NCBI GenBank assembly: GCA_005882335.1
Contig: VBAP01000040.1
Coordinates: 1-55,069 of the forward strand
Source of the DNA: Candidatus Segetimicrobium genomatis
GTDB lineage: Bacteria > Sysuimicrobiota > Sysuimicrobiia > Sysuimicrobiales > Kaftiobacteriaceae
Length of the DNA: 55,069 bases
Reading direction: 5' to 3'
The notes below the pieces were generated by a model. The model was not told where the DNA came from. It searched no databases and was given only the letters and a program-made list of their open reading frames with translations. Below, piece by piece: positions 18,770 to 27,963 of the stretch (positions are counted from its first letter, which is position 1; the number at the start of each line of letters is the position of its first letter). A program made the translations under genes and the position numbers.

Positions 18770-18842
18770 TGTCATTGCGAGCGCAGCGAAGCAATCTCCT
18801 CTCGACTGAGATTGCTTCGTCGCTCCGCTCCTCGCAATGACA
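18770..18842. repeat. Complete TGTCATTGCGAG...CTCGCAATGACA palindromic element
   Basis: tgtcattgcgagcgcagcgaagcaatctc..gagattgcttcgtcgctccgctcctcgcaatgaca, lying between two permease genes. Confidence 0.85.
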
Positions 18843-18865
18843 GAGCCTATTGGCATTCCCGCTCG

Positions 18866-19816
18866 TTAGTACCACTCAAGTCCTCCCCGGCGGAATACGC
18901 GGAAGTTGATCGCCGAGAGCACGAGGAGAATGGCGGCCAGCACCAACGCCAGCGCCGCCGCGTAGCCCATGTTGAGCTCCTCGAACGCCTTGTCAAAGAT
19001 GTACATGAACATCGTGTAGGTGCTGAAGAACGGCCCGCCGCGCGTCATCACGTAGATCTCCTCAAACACCTTCACCGCCGCCATCGTGGAGAGCAGCGAG
19101 GCCAGCAGGACGTATGGCCGCAGCAGCGGGATGGTGACATGCCAGAACACCCTGCTGCGCGACGCGCCATCGATCATCGCCGCCTCCTCGTACTCGACCG
19201 GGATCGCCTGGAGACCGGACAGGTAAATCACCATGTACCAGCCGAGCCCCTTCCATAGGGTCACGAACATCACGGCGTACAGCGTGATGGTGGGGTGATT
19301 CAGCCAGGAGATGGGACGGGCGACGAGGTCCAACCCGCGCAGGACCCAATTCACAACCCCCTGCTGGTCGTACATCCAGGTCCACATGATGCCGACTACG
19401 GGCCAGGAGGTGATGACCGGGATATAGTAGGCGGCGCGAAACGCGCCCACGCCGCGCAACGGCCGGTTCACTAGCACCGCCAGCAGGATGGAGCAGAGCT
19501 GGATGACCGGCACGACCAGCACGTACTTCGCGGAGTTGGTGAGCGCGATCCAGAAGTAGCGGTCGGATAGCAGGCGCTGGAACTGCTGCAGCCCGACGTA
19601 GCGCGGCGGATTGATCACGTCGTACTCGAACAGGCTGAGGACCGTGCCAAAGATGACGGGATAGAAGGTGAAAATCGCCAGCAACGCCAGCGCGGGAAGC
19701 AAGAAGAGGTACGCAACGAGCGTGGTCCGCCGCCCTGAACCACGCGCTCCGCTTGGGTTCAGGGCATGCCCCAAACCACGCGCCGCACTCGGCTTGGGGG
19801 CCGGTCTCACGGGCAT
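18866..19816 (-). CDS. Carbohydrate ABC transporter permease (MalF-like)
   Basis: YEEAAMIDGAS, TRGGPFFST. The N-terminus is built from two palindromic 36-nt units. Confidence 0.93.
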   Translation of the reverse strand: MPVRPAPKPSAARGLGHALNPSGARGSGRRTTLVAYLFLLPALALLAIFTFYPVIFGTVLSLFEYDVINPPRYVGLQQFQRLLSDRYFWIALTNSAKYVLVVPVIQLCSILLAVLVNRPLRGVGAFRAAYYIPVITSWPVVGIMWTWMYDQQGVVNWVLRGLDLVARPISWLNHPTITLYAVMFVTLWKGLGWYMVIYLSGLQAIPVEYEEAAMIDGASRSRVFWHVTIPLLRPYVLLASLLSTMAAVKVFEEIYVMTRGGPFFSTYTMFMYIFDKAFEELNMGYAAALALVLAAILLVLSAINFRVFRRGGLEWY

Positions 19817-22050
19817 CGATCCAGCGCCGTGATAGCAAACACGACCGGGCTCGCGCGGCCGCCGCCGCTGGTTAGCTCAATCGATTGGATGGGGGTCTGC
19901 GGGGACGGGTTCGTCCAGCGCAGCATCTGCAGCTGAACGTCGTTCCCGGCCCGCGTGGAACCGGACCACGCTACCTCCTGCTCAATGGAGGCGATCCCCC
20001 TCTCCGCGTCCCACAGCCAGCTGCTGATGTCCCGGCCGTACCGCAGGTCGATCATCTCGTGCCGTTCACCTTCCAGCGTGATACGGTACTGACCGATCAC
20101 GTCGCCGAAGTTGACGGCCCGGTCCAGCGCGGCGTGCAGGAAGACGAGACAGGCGGCCCGGCCCCGCCACGAGATCGTGACGCGCTGGGGCATCGCGGCG
20201 GCCACATCGCGTTCACCTCTGAGCATGACGATGCTCTTTCCATCATGGCGGCGGGGGTCCAGCACCTCGAACAGGACGCCGCCGAGGCGCTGCCGGCCGG
20301 TGTGCAACGCGCGCAGGTCGTAATCGGCTCCTTTGCCGAGCCATCCGGCGCCGTCATCGTCGATGTGCCGCTGCGTGGCAGCGCCGGAGAGATCCAGCAG
20401 CGTCCCGGAGATCGGCGCGGCTGGCTGCGTGCCCGCTTTCCACGCCTCGGCGAACCGGCGTGCCAGCTCGGCCTCCCGCGGTGCGCGATCCGGCTCCGGC
20501 CTGTCCGACGTCCAGAAGTAAGCCGCAGCGCTCAAGTACGTGTAAAGCTGCTGATACGCTCGGGTCAGGGCGGCCTGGCTCTGAAAATGCCCAGTCCAGG
20601 TGGTGCGCACCATCCCCAGAGCATTGGCCGCCTTTGCCGCGCGGCTGAACCAGTAGTTATTGTGCAGGCGGTACCACGTCGCCCCCAGCACCGGGAACCC
20701 CGCCCGGCGGAAGTAGGACAGTTCCGGATACTCCCGGATGTCTTCATACTTCCACGGGACGATCACGAGGTCGCGTGGCAACTCCCGGAACAGGGGCTCG
20801 GCGGCAGCTTCTGTCCGGCGCTCCCAGAGCACATCGCCCCACACCATCGGCCGCACCCCAGAGGATCGAAGAAATCGCGAGAGCGTGACGATGTCTCGCA
20901 GGTACAGGTCTATGTCGTAGCGCAGCCCCGACGGACCGCGGACTTCATCGTGGCCGAGGTGGACATAGGCCGGCCGGAACAGATCGATGGCCTCTTTCAG
21001 CATGGGAAAGATCAGGGCCTCGTTCAGCGTCGTGGGTGTACCGTTGATCGTAATCGTCCGCTCCGGATCGTAGACGGCGGGGTACACGCCGCGGGCGCGG
21101 TCGCAGGTCACCTGCGGCTTGCCTTCTTCGCGCAGATGTTTGGGGATGTACGCCACCTGAGCGCAGAGCGCCTCGTCGCGCAGCCCGGCGAAGACCCACT
21201 CGCTGTGCCCCAGCGTCGGGATGAGCGGAATGACCTGGATGTGATGCTGCCGGGCGACCTCGAGCAGCTTTTTGACCTGTGCCTTTGTGGCCCCCCGGGG
21301 GTCAGGACTCCACAACGACCTCCCGCTTTCCCACTGCACGTCCTCGGCTTCCACAAGCAGCGTATTGAACTTGTACGGGGCCAGGATACGGTCGATGAGC
21401 GCGGAGTGGAACTCGCCCGATGAGCCATCCAGCAGGAGATGCACCGCGCGCACGGCGTGATCGGGCCTGTCGCGGATGGTCACCACCCGGACATTGGCCA
21501 CAGCTCCAGGCTGTGGCCCCGCGGTGGCCGGCGCAGGACGCAGCAACTGCCGCAGCGTCTGGACGCCGTAAAACGTACCGCGACGGTCCGACCCTGCGAC
21601 GGTGATCTGCCCGCGCGTGACGCGCAGGACGTAGCCCTCGGGCCCCGGGGACGCTGCCGTGACCGAGATGCCGGCCTCCTCAAGCAACCGGCCAAGCAAT
21701 GCGCTGGACGTGGGTTCGCCGATCACAATATGCCCGGCCGGATCGGCAACCTCGCGCTCCCGGACAACGTCCAGTTCCGTCCGGTAGCGGGCGCGCAGCT
21801 CTTCGTTCAGCTCGCGCGCCGCAAAGAGATCGTCGGCCCCGGCGTCATCGCCGACGATGATCCGTGTGGCGGGTGTGATGGAAAACTCGCCATCGCCCCA
21901 CTGCACTTGCTTCGGGACGGGGAGCAAAGCGACCGATTGGGGAGCAGCCGTGAAGGCGTCAGGAACAGCCCCGCCGGCAACGCCTAACGCCGCCGGAGCC
22001 GCAGCGGCGGCCGGGAGGACCAGAAGCAGCAGGATGACCGGAAGCCTCAT
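19807..22050 (-). CDS. Secreted GH20 beta-N-acetylhexosaminidase with an extra C-terminal beta-domain
   Basis: Signal peptide, LLPVPKQ, EGYVL, FYGVQTLRQL, IPTLGHSE and catalytic HLGHDE. Confidence 0.88.
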   Translation of the reverse strand: MRLPVILLLLVLPAAAAAPAALGVAGGAVPDAFTAAPQSVALLPVPKQVQWGDGEFSITPATRIIVGDDAGADDLFAARELNEELRARYRTELDVVREREVADPAGHIVIGEPTSSALLGRLLEEAGISVTAASPGPEGYVLRVTRGQITVAGSDRRGTFYGVQTLRQLLRPAPATAGPQPGAVANVRVVTIRDRPDHAVRAVHLLLDGSSGEFHSALIDRILAPYKFNTLLVEAEDVQWESGRSLWSPDPRGATKAQVKKLLEVARQHHIQVIPLIPTLGHSEWVFAGLRDEALCAQVAYIPKHLREEGKPQVTCDRARGVYPAVYDPERTITINGTPTTLNEALIFPMLKEAIDLFRPAYVHLGHDEVRGPSGLRYDIDLYLRDIVTLSRFLRSSGVRPMVWGDVLWERRTEAAAEPLFRELPRDLVIVPWKYEDIREYPELSYFRRAGFPVLGATWYRLHNNYWFSRAAKAANALGMVRTTWTGHFQSQAALTRAYQQLYTYLSAAAYFWTSDRPEPDRAPREAELARRFAEAWKAGTQPAAPISGTLLDLSGAATQRHIDDDGAGWLGKGADYDLRALHTGRQRLGGVLFEVLDPRRHDGKSIVMLRGERDVAAAMPQRVTISWRGRAACLVFLHAALDRAVNFGDVIGQYRITLEGERHEMIDLRYGRDISSWLWDAERGIASIEQEVAWSGSTRAGNDVQLQMLRWTNPSPQTPIQSIELTSGGGRASPVVFAITALDRCP

Positions 22051-22052
22051 CC

Positions 22053-22128
22053 GCCCTCGATTCTACTCAGGGCGCCCTGAGCGGAGTCGAACAGGCGCAC
22101 TCCGGGATCCGGTATCCGAAATCCGGCA
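22053..22128. repeat. CCCTGAGCGGAGTCGAA-type palindrome pair plus atccgg-like heptamers
   Basis: gccctcgattctactcagggc|gccctgagcggagtcgaacaggc followed by gatccgg tatccga aatccgg. Confidence 0.6.
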
Positions 22129-23379
22129 TCAGAGCCGGGCATTCCACTCCCGGACGGCCCAGTCCAGCGCTGCCTTCGCGCTCATTTTCCCGAAAAATGC
22201 GCCCTCGACGGCTTCCCGGAAGATCTTGAAGAGTTCGGTCTGATTGGGCACGACCACGGTGAGGTCGCGTCCGAACTTAAGTTCCCCAACGGCGATGGCC
22301 CGAGCCTGCCACTCCGGACCGGCTCCCTTTTGTCTAAAGTACGGATCGGCGGCCGCCTTCTTCGTCGACGGGAAGATCACCGTCAACTTCGAGAACGCGA
22401 GCTGATTCTCGTCGCTTGTCACGTAGAGCGCGAACCTGCCCGCCTCCTGGTGATTCTTGCTGGCCTTCGGCACCGCCAGCGCCATCAGCGGGGCATGGAT
22501 CACCCTGCCTTTCCCCATGGGATACGGCGCGACGAACGTCTTCGCATACACTTCGGGGTTGCTTTCTTTGATGCGCAGCAGAAACTGCGGACCCACCAGC
22601 AGTATCCCGAGCTGGCCGGCGCTGTAGCGTTCCACCGCCCCGGTGAACCCCCGGCGCAGCGTGTCGTCTGGGAAGTAGTCCGCTTTGAACAGGTCCATGT
22701 ACTTCTGCAGATAAGCCACGTGGGCGGGGGAGTTGAAGACGGCCAGCTTGCCGTTCTCACTGAGCACCGGCAATCCATTCTCGAGGAACAGGTACATCAA
22801 GCGTGTACCATCAAGGGGCGGCATGAACCCGTACACCCCCGCGCGATCCTTCACGCGCTTGGCCGCTCCGATCATGGCGTCTTCGGTGGCCGGTGGGGTC
22901 AGCACGTTCAGTCCCGCCTTCTTGAACAGTTCACCGTTGTAGATCAGGACCGGTGGGGCAATGTACCAGGGGATGCCGTAACTTCTTCCTTTAAACCGGC
23001 CCGAACTCCACAGGCCTTCAAAGTACTTTGCCCGATCGGCCGCCGGCACCGCGGCGTCCATGTCCACGAGCGCTCCGCGTTCGGCGATCCGGGACGTGAA
23101 CTCCACGTTTAGATTCACGACATCGGGGGGGACACCGCCGGCGATGGCCGCCAGCAGTTTCTGCTCCACCGCTTGAAACTGCACGTCGACCCATTTGACC
23201 TGCACACCCGGATTCGCACGCCGATAGCCGGCGACCAGACCGTTCACGTAGTCGGTGAAGAACGGCTGCAACGAAATCGTCCAGAATTCCAGCGTGGTCT
23301 GCGGCGCGGTCACGCCGGACACTGCTGTGACCAGGACCAACGCAACAATCGCGGCGACACCCGCCGCCCACCGCTTCAT
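22129..23379 (-). CDS. Sugar ABC transporter substrate-binding protein
   Basis: Signal peptide MKRWAAG, LEFWTISLQP, PDVVNLN, YGIPWY. Confidence 0.92.
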   Translation of the reverse strand: MKRWAAGVAAIVALVLVTAVSGVTAPQTTLEFWTISLQPFFTDYVNGLVAGYRRANPGVQVKWVDVQFQAVEQKLLAAIAGGVPPDVVNLNVEFTSRIAERGALVDMDAAVPAADRAKYFEGLWSSGRFKGRSYGIPWYIAPPVLIYNGELFKKAGLNVLTPPATEDAMIGAAKRVKDRAGVYGFMPPLDGTRLMYLFLENGLPVLSENGKLAVFNSPAHVAYLQKYMDLFKADYFPDDTLRRGFTGAVERYSAGQLGILLVGPQFLLRIKESNPEVYAKTFVAPYPMGKGRVIHAPLMALAVPKASKNHQEAGRFALYVTSDENQLAFSKLTVIFPSTKKAAADPYFRQKGAGPEWQARAIAVGELKFGRDLTVVVPNQTELFKIFREAVEGAFFGKMSAKAALDWAVREWNARL

Positions 23380-23464
23380 ACCTGACCCTCCATCGCCCGC
23401 ATCACGGGCGCCCTTCTCCTCTTCACGAACATACCCTTTCTTGACTTTCCACGGCCTTTCGTAG

Positions 23465-23536
23465 TTCCGCATTCCCGCGTTCCCGTGTTCCCGCGTTCCC
23501 CCCGTTCCCGCGTTCCCGTGTTCCCGTGTTCCCGTT
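23465..23536. repeat. Octamer tandem repeat (ttcccgyg, about 8 copies)
   Basis: ttcccgcg ttcccgtg ttcccgcg ... read directly. Confidence 0.9.
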
Positions 23537-23543
23537 AGTATTC

Positions 23544-25097
23544 CTAGACCGCATGACCCCGGGGGTACAGTCCGGGCAGGGCGACCGGCAGACGTCCTGT
23601 CGGTTCAAGCCTTCCGCTGAGTACTCTCGCCGCGGCGCGCATGCTGGCCGGATCGGGACCGTACGCGGCAAGATACGTTTCCAGACTTGGGATTCGCAGG
23701 AGTTCATAGGGGTTACCCGCACCCACAACCACCAGCCGCTTCCCAAATTTCGAATACAGCGTCTGAAGCATCTGCGTGCCCTGCGAGGAGCTCCAGGACA
23801 CGTTCACCGCGACGACATTGTCCCAAGACTGATTCACGATCTTGCCGAGATCGGTCGCGACCGTGACGTCTGACACAAGCTCCGCCAGCTCGCCGCCCAA
23901 CCGCAGCGCCGAGGCCATCCGATCGCCGGACGTCGCGGCCTCGCCTTCATCCGCGGCTGTGCTGAGAACTGCCGTGCGTCCGGCAGGCAGGGGGATTCGC
24001 TCCGCCAGGTTGCGCACGAGGGTGATCGCGCGATCTGCAATCTCCTGCGCCTGCCGGCGGTGGCCCTCGGCGCCTGCGGCGTCACCCGGAGCGCCAACGG
24101 ACGCGTAGCGCGTCCGGATCCTCGCGATCCGGTCCGCAGCGGCGCGCAGGCCGGCGGGATCCAGCGTACCGTCTTCGGCCGCGCGGCGCGCGGCTTCAAT
24201 CGACTCCCATTGCGCGTCGTGCCGGCCGCACGCCAGCACAACGTCAACCCCAGCCTGGAGCGCAGCGACGGCGGCAGTCCCACGGGGCCAGTGATCGGCG
24301 ATCGCTTTCATGGCCATCGAGTCCGTAAATGAAACGCCGCTGAAACCCAACTCGTGTCTGAGCAGGGCGGTCATGATCTGGGCCGAGAGCGAGGCGGGGC
24401 GCATGGCGTCAAGCGCAGGAAAGACGATATGGGTGGACATGATCCCGTCCGCCCCGGCGCGGATGGCCTCCGCAAACGGGAACACGTCCTCCCGCCGCAG
24501 GCGCTCTGGGTCCTTTGTGACGACTGGCAGGTCCAGATGCGAGTCCACAGGAGTGGCGCCGTGTCCGGGGAAATGCTTGGCCGTCGTCAGGACTCCCGCG
24601 CCCTGCGCGGCCCGAATGTACGCGACGCCGAGGCGGGCGACTTCTGCCGGATCGTCACCGAATGCGCGGATCCCGATGACCGGGTTCTCCGCGTTGCTGT
24701 TGACGTCCAGCACGGGGGCGTGGTTCACATTCACCCCGAGCGCGCGGAGCTCCACAGATGTGATCCGGCCGGCGGTCGCGGCGTCCTCGGCCCGCCCCGA
24801 GGCGCCGAGTGCCATCGCGCTGGGGAAGACGGTGAACCCGTCGATCAGCCGGTTGACGAGACCGCCTTCCTGGTCGATGGTAATCAGCAACGGGGGCAGA
24901 CCGGCGTCCGCGGCCAGCCGCTGGAGATCTGCCGTCAGCGTGCGCACCTGAGAGACCGACCGGACATTTTTCACAAACAGGATCACGCCTCCCACGCGGC
25001 CTTCGCGGATCAGGCGCTCCAGGTCAGCCGTGACTTCTGAACCCGAGAAGTCAACGACAAACCGCTGACCGATGAGATCGGCAGTCGACATAGACAT
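23544..25097 (-). CDS. nagZ: GH3 beta-N-acetylhexosaminidase
   Basis: IDQEGG, APVLDVN, KHFPGHG..VDSH, FTDSMAMKAI. Two-domain form. Confidence 0.9.
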   Translation of the reverse strand: MSMSTADLIGQRFVVDFSGSEVTADLERLIREGRVGGVILFVKNVRSVSQVRTLTADLQRLAADAGLPPLLITIDQEGGLVNRLIDGFTVFPSAMALGASGRAEDAATAGRITSVELRALGVNVNHAPVLDVNSNAENPVIGIRAFGDDPAEVARLGVAYIRAAQGAGVLTTAKHFPGHGATPVDSHLDLPVVTKDPERLRREDVFPFAEAIRAGADGIMSTHIVFPALDAMRPASLSAQIMTALLRHELGFSGVSFTDSMAMKAIADHWPRGTAAVAALQAGVDVVLACGRHDAQWESIEAARRAAEDGTLDPAGLRAAADRIARIRTRYASVGAPGDAAGAEGHRRQAQEIADRAITLVRNLAERIPLPAGRTAVLSTAADEGEAATSGDRMASALRLGGELAELVSDVTVATDLGKIVNQSWDNVVAVNVSWSSSQGTQMLQTLYSKFGKRLVVVGAGNPYELLRIPSLETYLAAYGPDPASMRAAARVLSGRLEPTGRLPVALPGLYPRGHAV

Positions 25098-25143
25098 GCT
25101 TATGCTACATTCTACTTCGCTCTGGCGCCGGAGGAAGGTGGAG

Positions 25144-25242
25144 AGGAGGCGGGATGAGGACCTTGGACCGGGGACCAGGAGGGCGGCTAAGGAGTGACTC
25201 AGTTACTGGTCCCCTTCGTCCAAAGTCCTCATCCCGCCTCCT
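25144..25242. repeat. Long hairpin with conserved 29-nt loop, copy B
   Basis: aggaggcgggatgaggac..ggggacca [GGAGGGCGGCTAAGGAGTGACTCAGTTAC] tggtcccc..gtcctcatcccgcctcct. Confidence 0.8.
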
Positions 25243-25355
25243 TGTTGGATCTACTGGTTCGGTCAGTGAGAGCGGGACGGCTCTCGGAGATGCATCCTGG
25301 AGAGGGCGGTACGGGGGACCGAGCGAAGGAGGCAGTTGGAACGCGGAGGTGAGCA

Positions 25356-26951
25356 ATGAACACGTCCACGTGGAATCGACTAACGGTGGCGGCAGCCTCC
25401 CTCGCCGTGATTGCGGCATTCACGCCGATCCAGCCCGCCGCCGGGCAGATCCCGGTGTCCGGGGGACATTTCCGGCGGGCGCTCAGCAGCGACCCGGCGA
25501 ACCTCGATCCCGCCCTGACCAACACGTCGCGGGCCATCGCGGTCAAGATGGCCATCTTCGACTCGCTGCTCCGCCAGAATCCAAAGACCCTGGCCATCGA
25601 GCCGGGAGCGGCCGAGGCATGGTCCGTTAGCGGCGATGGAAAGATCCTGACGTTCCGCCTGCACCGCGGGATCAAGTTTCACCACGGTCGTGAGATGACG
25701 TCGGATGACGTCAAGTACACGATCGAGCGCACCCTCACTCCACAGATGGCTTCACCGTTCATCCGCGCCTTTGACCGCATCGTGGGCGCGAGAGAATTCA
25801 CGGCCGGGCAGACGCGGGAGGTCAGCGGCATCAGTGCGCTGGACCGCTATACCGTTCAAATCACCAACTCCGTCGTGGACAGCACGTTCCCCCTCGTCTT
25901 CACGGGGCTGTTCATCGTGCCCAAAGACGAGGCGGAGCGGCTGGGCCGCGACTTCGGCCAGCGCCCCATCGGGTCGGGTCCGTTCATTTTTGTGTCCTGG
26001 AGCCGCGACAGTTCCCTCCTGCTGAAGGAGAACCCAGACTACTGGGAGGGCCGGCCGTACATCAGCGCGCTGGAGTTTCGCATCATCCCCGACCCCGCCA
26101 CCCTCCAGGCAGAATTCGAGACGGGGAGATTGGACTTCATACTCCTCGAAGACCCCACGTACCGGCGCTATGCAGACGATCCTCAGTGGAAACCCTACGT
26201 CGTCGAGGTCGCGGAACTCTTCACCCGCCACATGGGCATGAACACAACCAAACCTCCGCTGAACGACGTCCGCGTCCGCCAGGCCATCAACTTCGCGATC
26301 GACAAGGCGACGACCGTCCGCACCGTGTTGCAGGACAAGGCGTTCGTGGCCACCGGCGTCTTCCCGCCGAGCCTCGCCGCCTTTGATCCAAGCCTGCGCG
26401 GCTATGAGTACAATCCCCAACGGGCGCGGGAACTACTCGCCCAGGCCGGATTCACCAGCGGCTTCGAGATGGACTTGAACGGCTCGAGCACACCCGTGGC
26501 CGGCCGGTGGCTGGAGGTGCTGCAGCGCTATCTGGCCGACGTCGGCATCCGGGCGCGCATCGTCCAGCAGGACTTCGGCGTCATGCTGGACCGCGCGGGC
26601 AAGGGCGAGCTGATGACCTACGTGCTGTCCCACGGCGGTGGCTCGAACTGCGTGAACTACCTGGGGCCGTTCCGGTCCCGTAACTTCGGCATCGCGGGCA
26701 ATCGCATGTTCTACAAGAATGAGCGGGTAGACGCGCTGATGGACGAAGCGGAGCGCACCTTCGACCCGCGCCGGCAGATCCAGCTCTGCCAGGAGGCGGA
26801 GCGGCTGGTCGTCGCGGATGCGCCGTGGTTCTTTTGGAACTATAACAAGGCCGCGCTGGTGCACCAGCCCAACGTGCACGGGATTGTCGGGAACCCTCTG
26901 GAACTGGATTGGATTCAGATGCACAAGGTCTGGATCCAGCCGCGGCGATGA
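25356..26951 (+). CDS. Peptide/nickel ABC substrate-binding protein (family 5)
   Basis: LDPA, GIKFHHGREMTSDDVKYT, PIGSGPF, VRQAINFAID. GGAGG RBS. Confidence 0.93.
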   Translation: MNTSTWNRLTVAAASLAVIAAFTPIQPAAGQIPVSGGHFRRALSSDPANLDPALTNTSRAIAVKMAIFDSLLRQNPKTLAIEPGAAEAWSVSGDGKILTFRLHRGIKFHHGREMTSDDVKYTIERTLTPQMASPFIRAFDRIVGAREFTAGQTREVSGISALDRYTVQITNSVVDSTFPLVFTGLFIVPKDEAERLGRDFGQRPIGSGPFIFVSWSRDSSLLLKENPDYWEGRPYISALEFRIIPDPATLQAEFETGRLDFILLEDPTYRRYADDPQWKPYVVEVAELFTRHMGMNTTKPPLNDVRVRQAINFAIDKATTVRTVLQDKAFVATGVFPPSLAAFDPSLRGYEYNPQRARELLAQAGFTSGFEMDLNGSSTPVAGRWLEVLQRYLADVGIRARIVQQDFGVMLDRAGKGELMTYVLSHGGGSNCVNYLGPFRSRNFGIAGNRMFYKNERVDALMDEAERTFDPRRQIQLCQEAERLVVADAPWFFWNYNKAALVHQPNVHGIVGNPLELDWIQMHKVWIQPRR

Positions 26952-27018
26952 ACTGACGGGCGCAGGGATTCGGGCCCCGGACTTTGCAATGATTTGCGGT
27001 TTGTGACGGTTGAGGACA

Positions 27019-27963
27019 ATGCCCAAGGGGATCACGTCTTTCATCGCCCGCCGGCTGCTGCTGGCCGTTCCGGTCTTCGTCGGGGTCACCCTGGTGACGT
27101 TCGTGCTGATGCAGATCGTCCCGGGCGACCCCGTGGCGCTCTTGATGGAAGAGAAGGTGGCGTCGGTCGATCCGGCCGCGGCCCGGATCATGCGCGCAAA
27201 GTGGGGGCTGGACGATCCGGTCCCGGTCCAGTATCTGAAGTTCCTGCGCAATGCCGTGCGGGGCGATCTCGGAATCTCCTACCGCACCGACCGCAACGTG
27301 CTGACCTCAATCCTCGAGCGCCTGCCCGCTACGGCGACGCTTGCCATCGCGGCTTTAGGCCTGGCGATCATCATCGGCGTGACGACGGGGATTACCGCCG
27401 CACTGCGGCAGAACACGGTGTTTGACTCGGCGTCCATCATACTCGCCACGATCGGCGTCTCCATCCCGAACTTTTGGCTCGGCCTGCTGTTGATCTACCT
27501 CCTGGCCGTACAGTGGCGGTGGCTGCCGCCGTCAGGCTATGGGCCGGCCTTTCCCTATCTCATCATGCCGGCGATTACGCTCGGCACGGGCCTGTCGGCG
27601 GTCATCGCCCGCCTGACCCGCTCGTCGATGCTGGACGTCATCCGGGCAGATTACATCCGCACGGCTCGCGCCAAAGGACTGGCCGGCCGCCGCGTATTCA
27701 TGGTCCACGCCCTACGGAACGCCGCCATTCCCATCGTCACCGTGATCGGCGTGCAGATGAGCGGGCTGTTGAGCGGGGCGGTGATCACCGAGCGTGTGTT
27801 CTCCTGGCCGGGGATCGGCCGGCTTCTGGTCGATTCCATTGCGGTGCGCGATCTGCCCATGGTTCAGGGGTGCGTGCTGTTCATCGCCACCATCTTCATC
27901 GGACTCAACCTGCTCGTCGACCTCTCCTATGTGGCGCTGGACCCCCGCATCAAATACGAATGA
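27019..27963 (+). CDS. Peptide ABC permease (OppB/DppB-like)
   Basis: PGDP, GDLGIS, DYIRTARAKGL, DPRI. Confidence 0.94.
   Translation: MPKGITSFIARRLLLAVPVFVGVTLVTFVLMQIVPGDPVALLMEEKVASVDPAAARIMRAKWGLDDPVPVQYLKFLRNAVRGDLGISYRTDRNVLTSILERLPATATLAIAALGLAIIIGVTTGITAALRQNTVFDSASIILATIGVSIPNFWLGLLLIYLLAVQWRWLPPSGYGPAFPYLIMPAITLGTGLSAVIARLTRSSMLDVIRADYIRTARAKGLAGRRVFMVHALRNAAIPIVTVIGVQMSGLLSGAVITERVFSWPGIGRLLVDSIAVRDLPMVQGCVLFIATIFIGLNLLVDLSYVALDPRIKYE

Noticed and set aside
21496-21543. LRPAPATAG plus a ggccacagc/gctgtggcc hairpin in the GH20 linker as another 27-mer insertion
   Set aside because: Only the ends match the 27-mer, its palindrome is weak and this linker is naturally variable.
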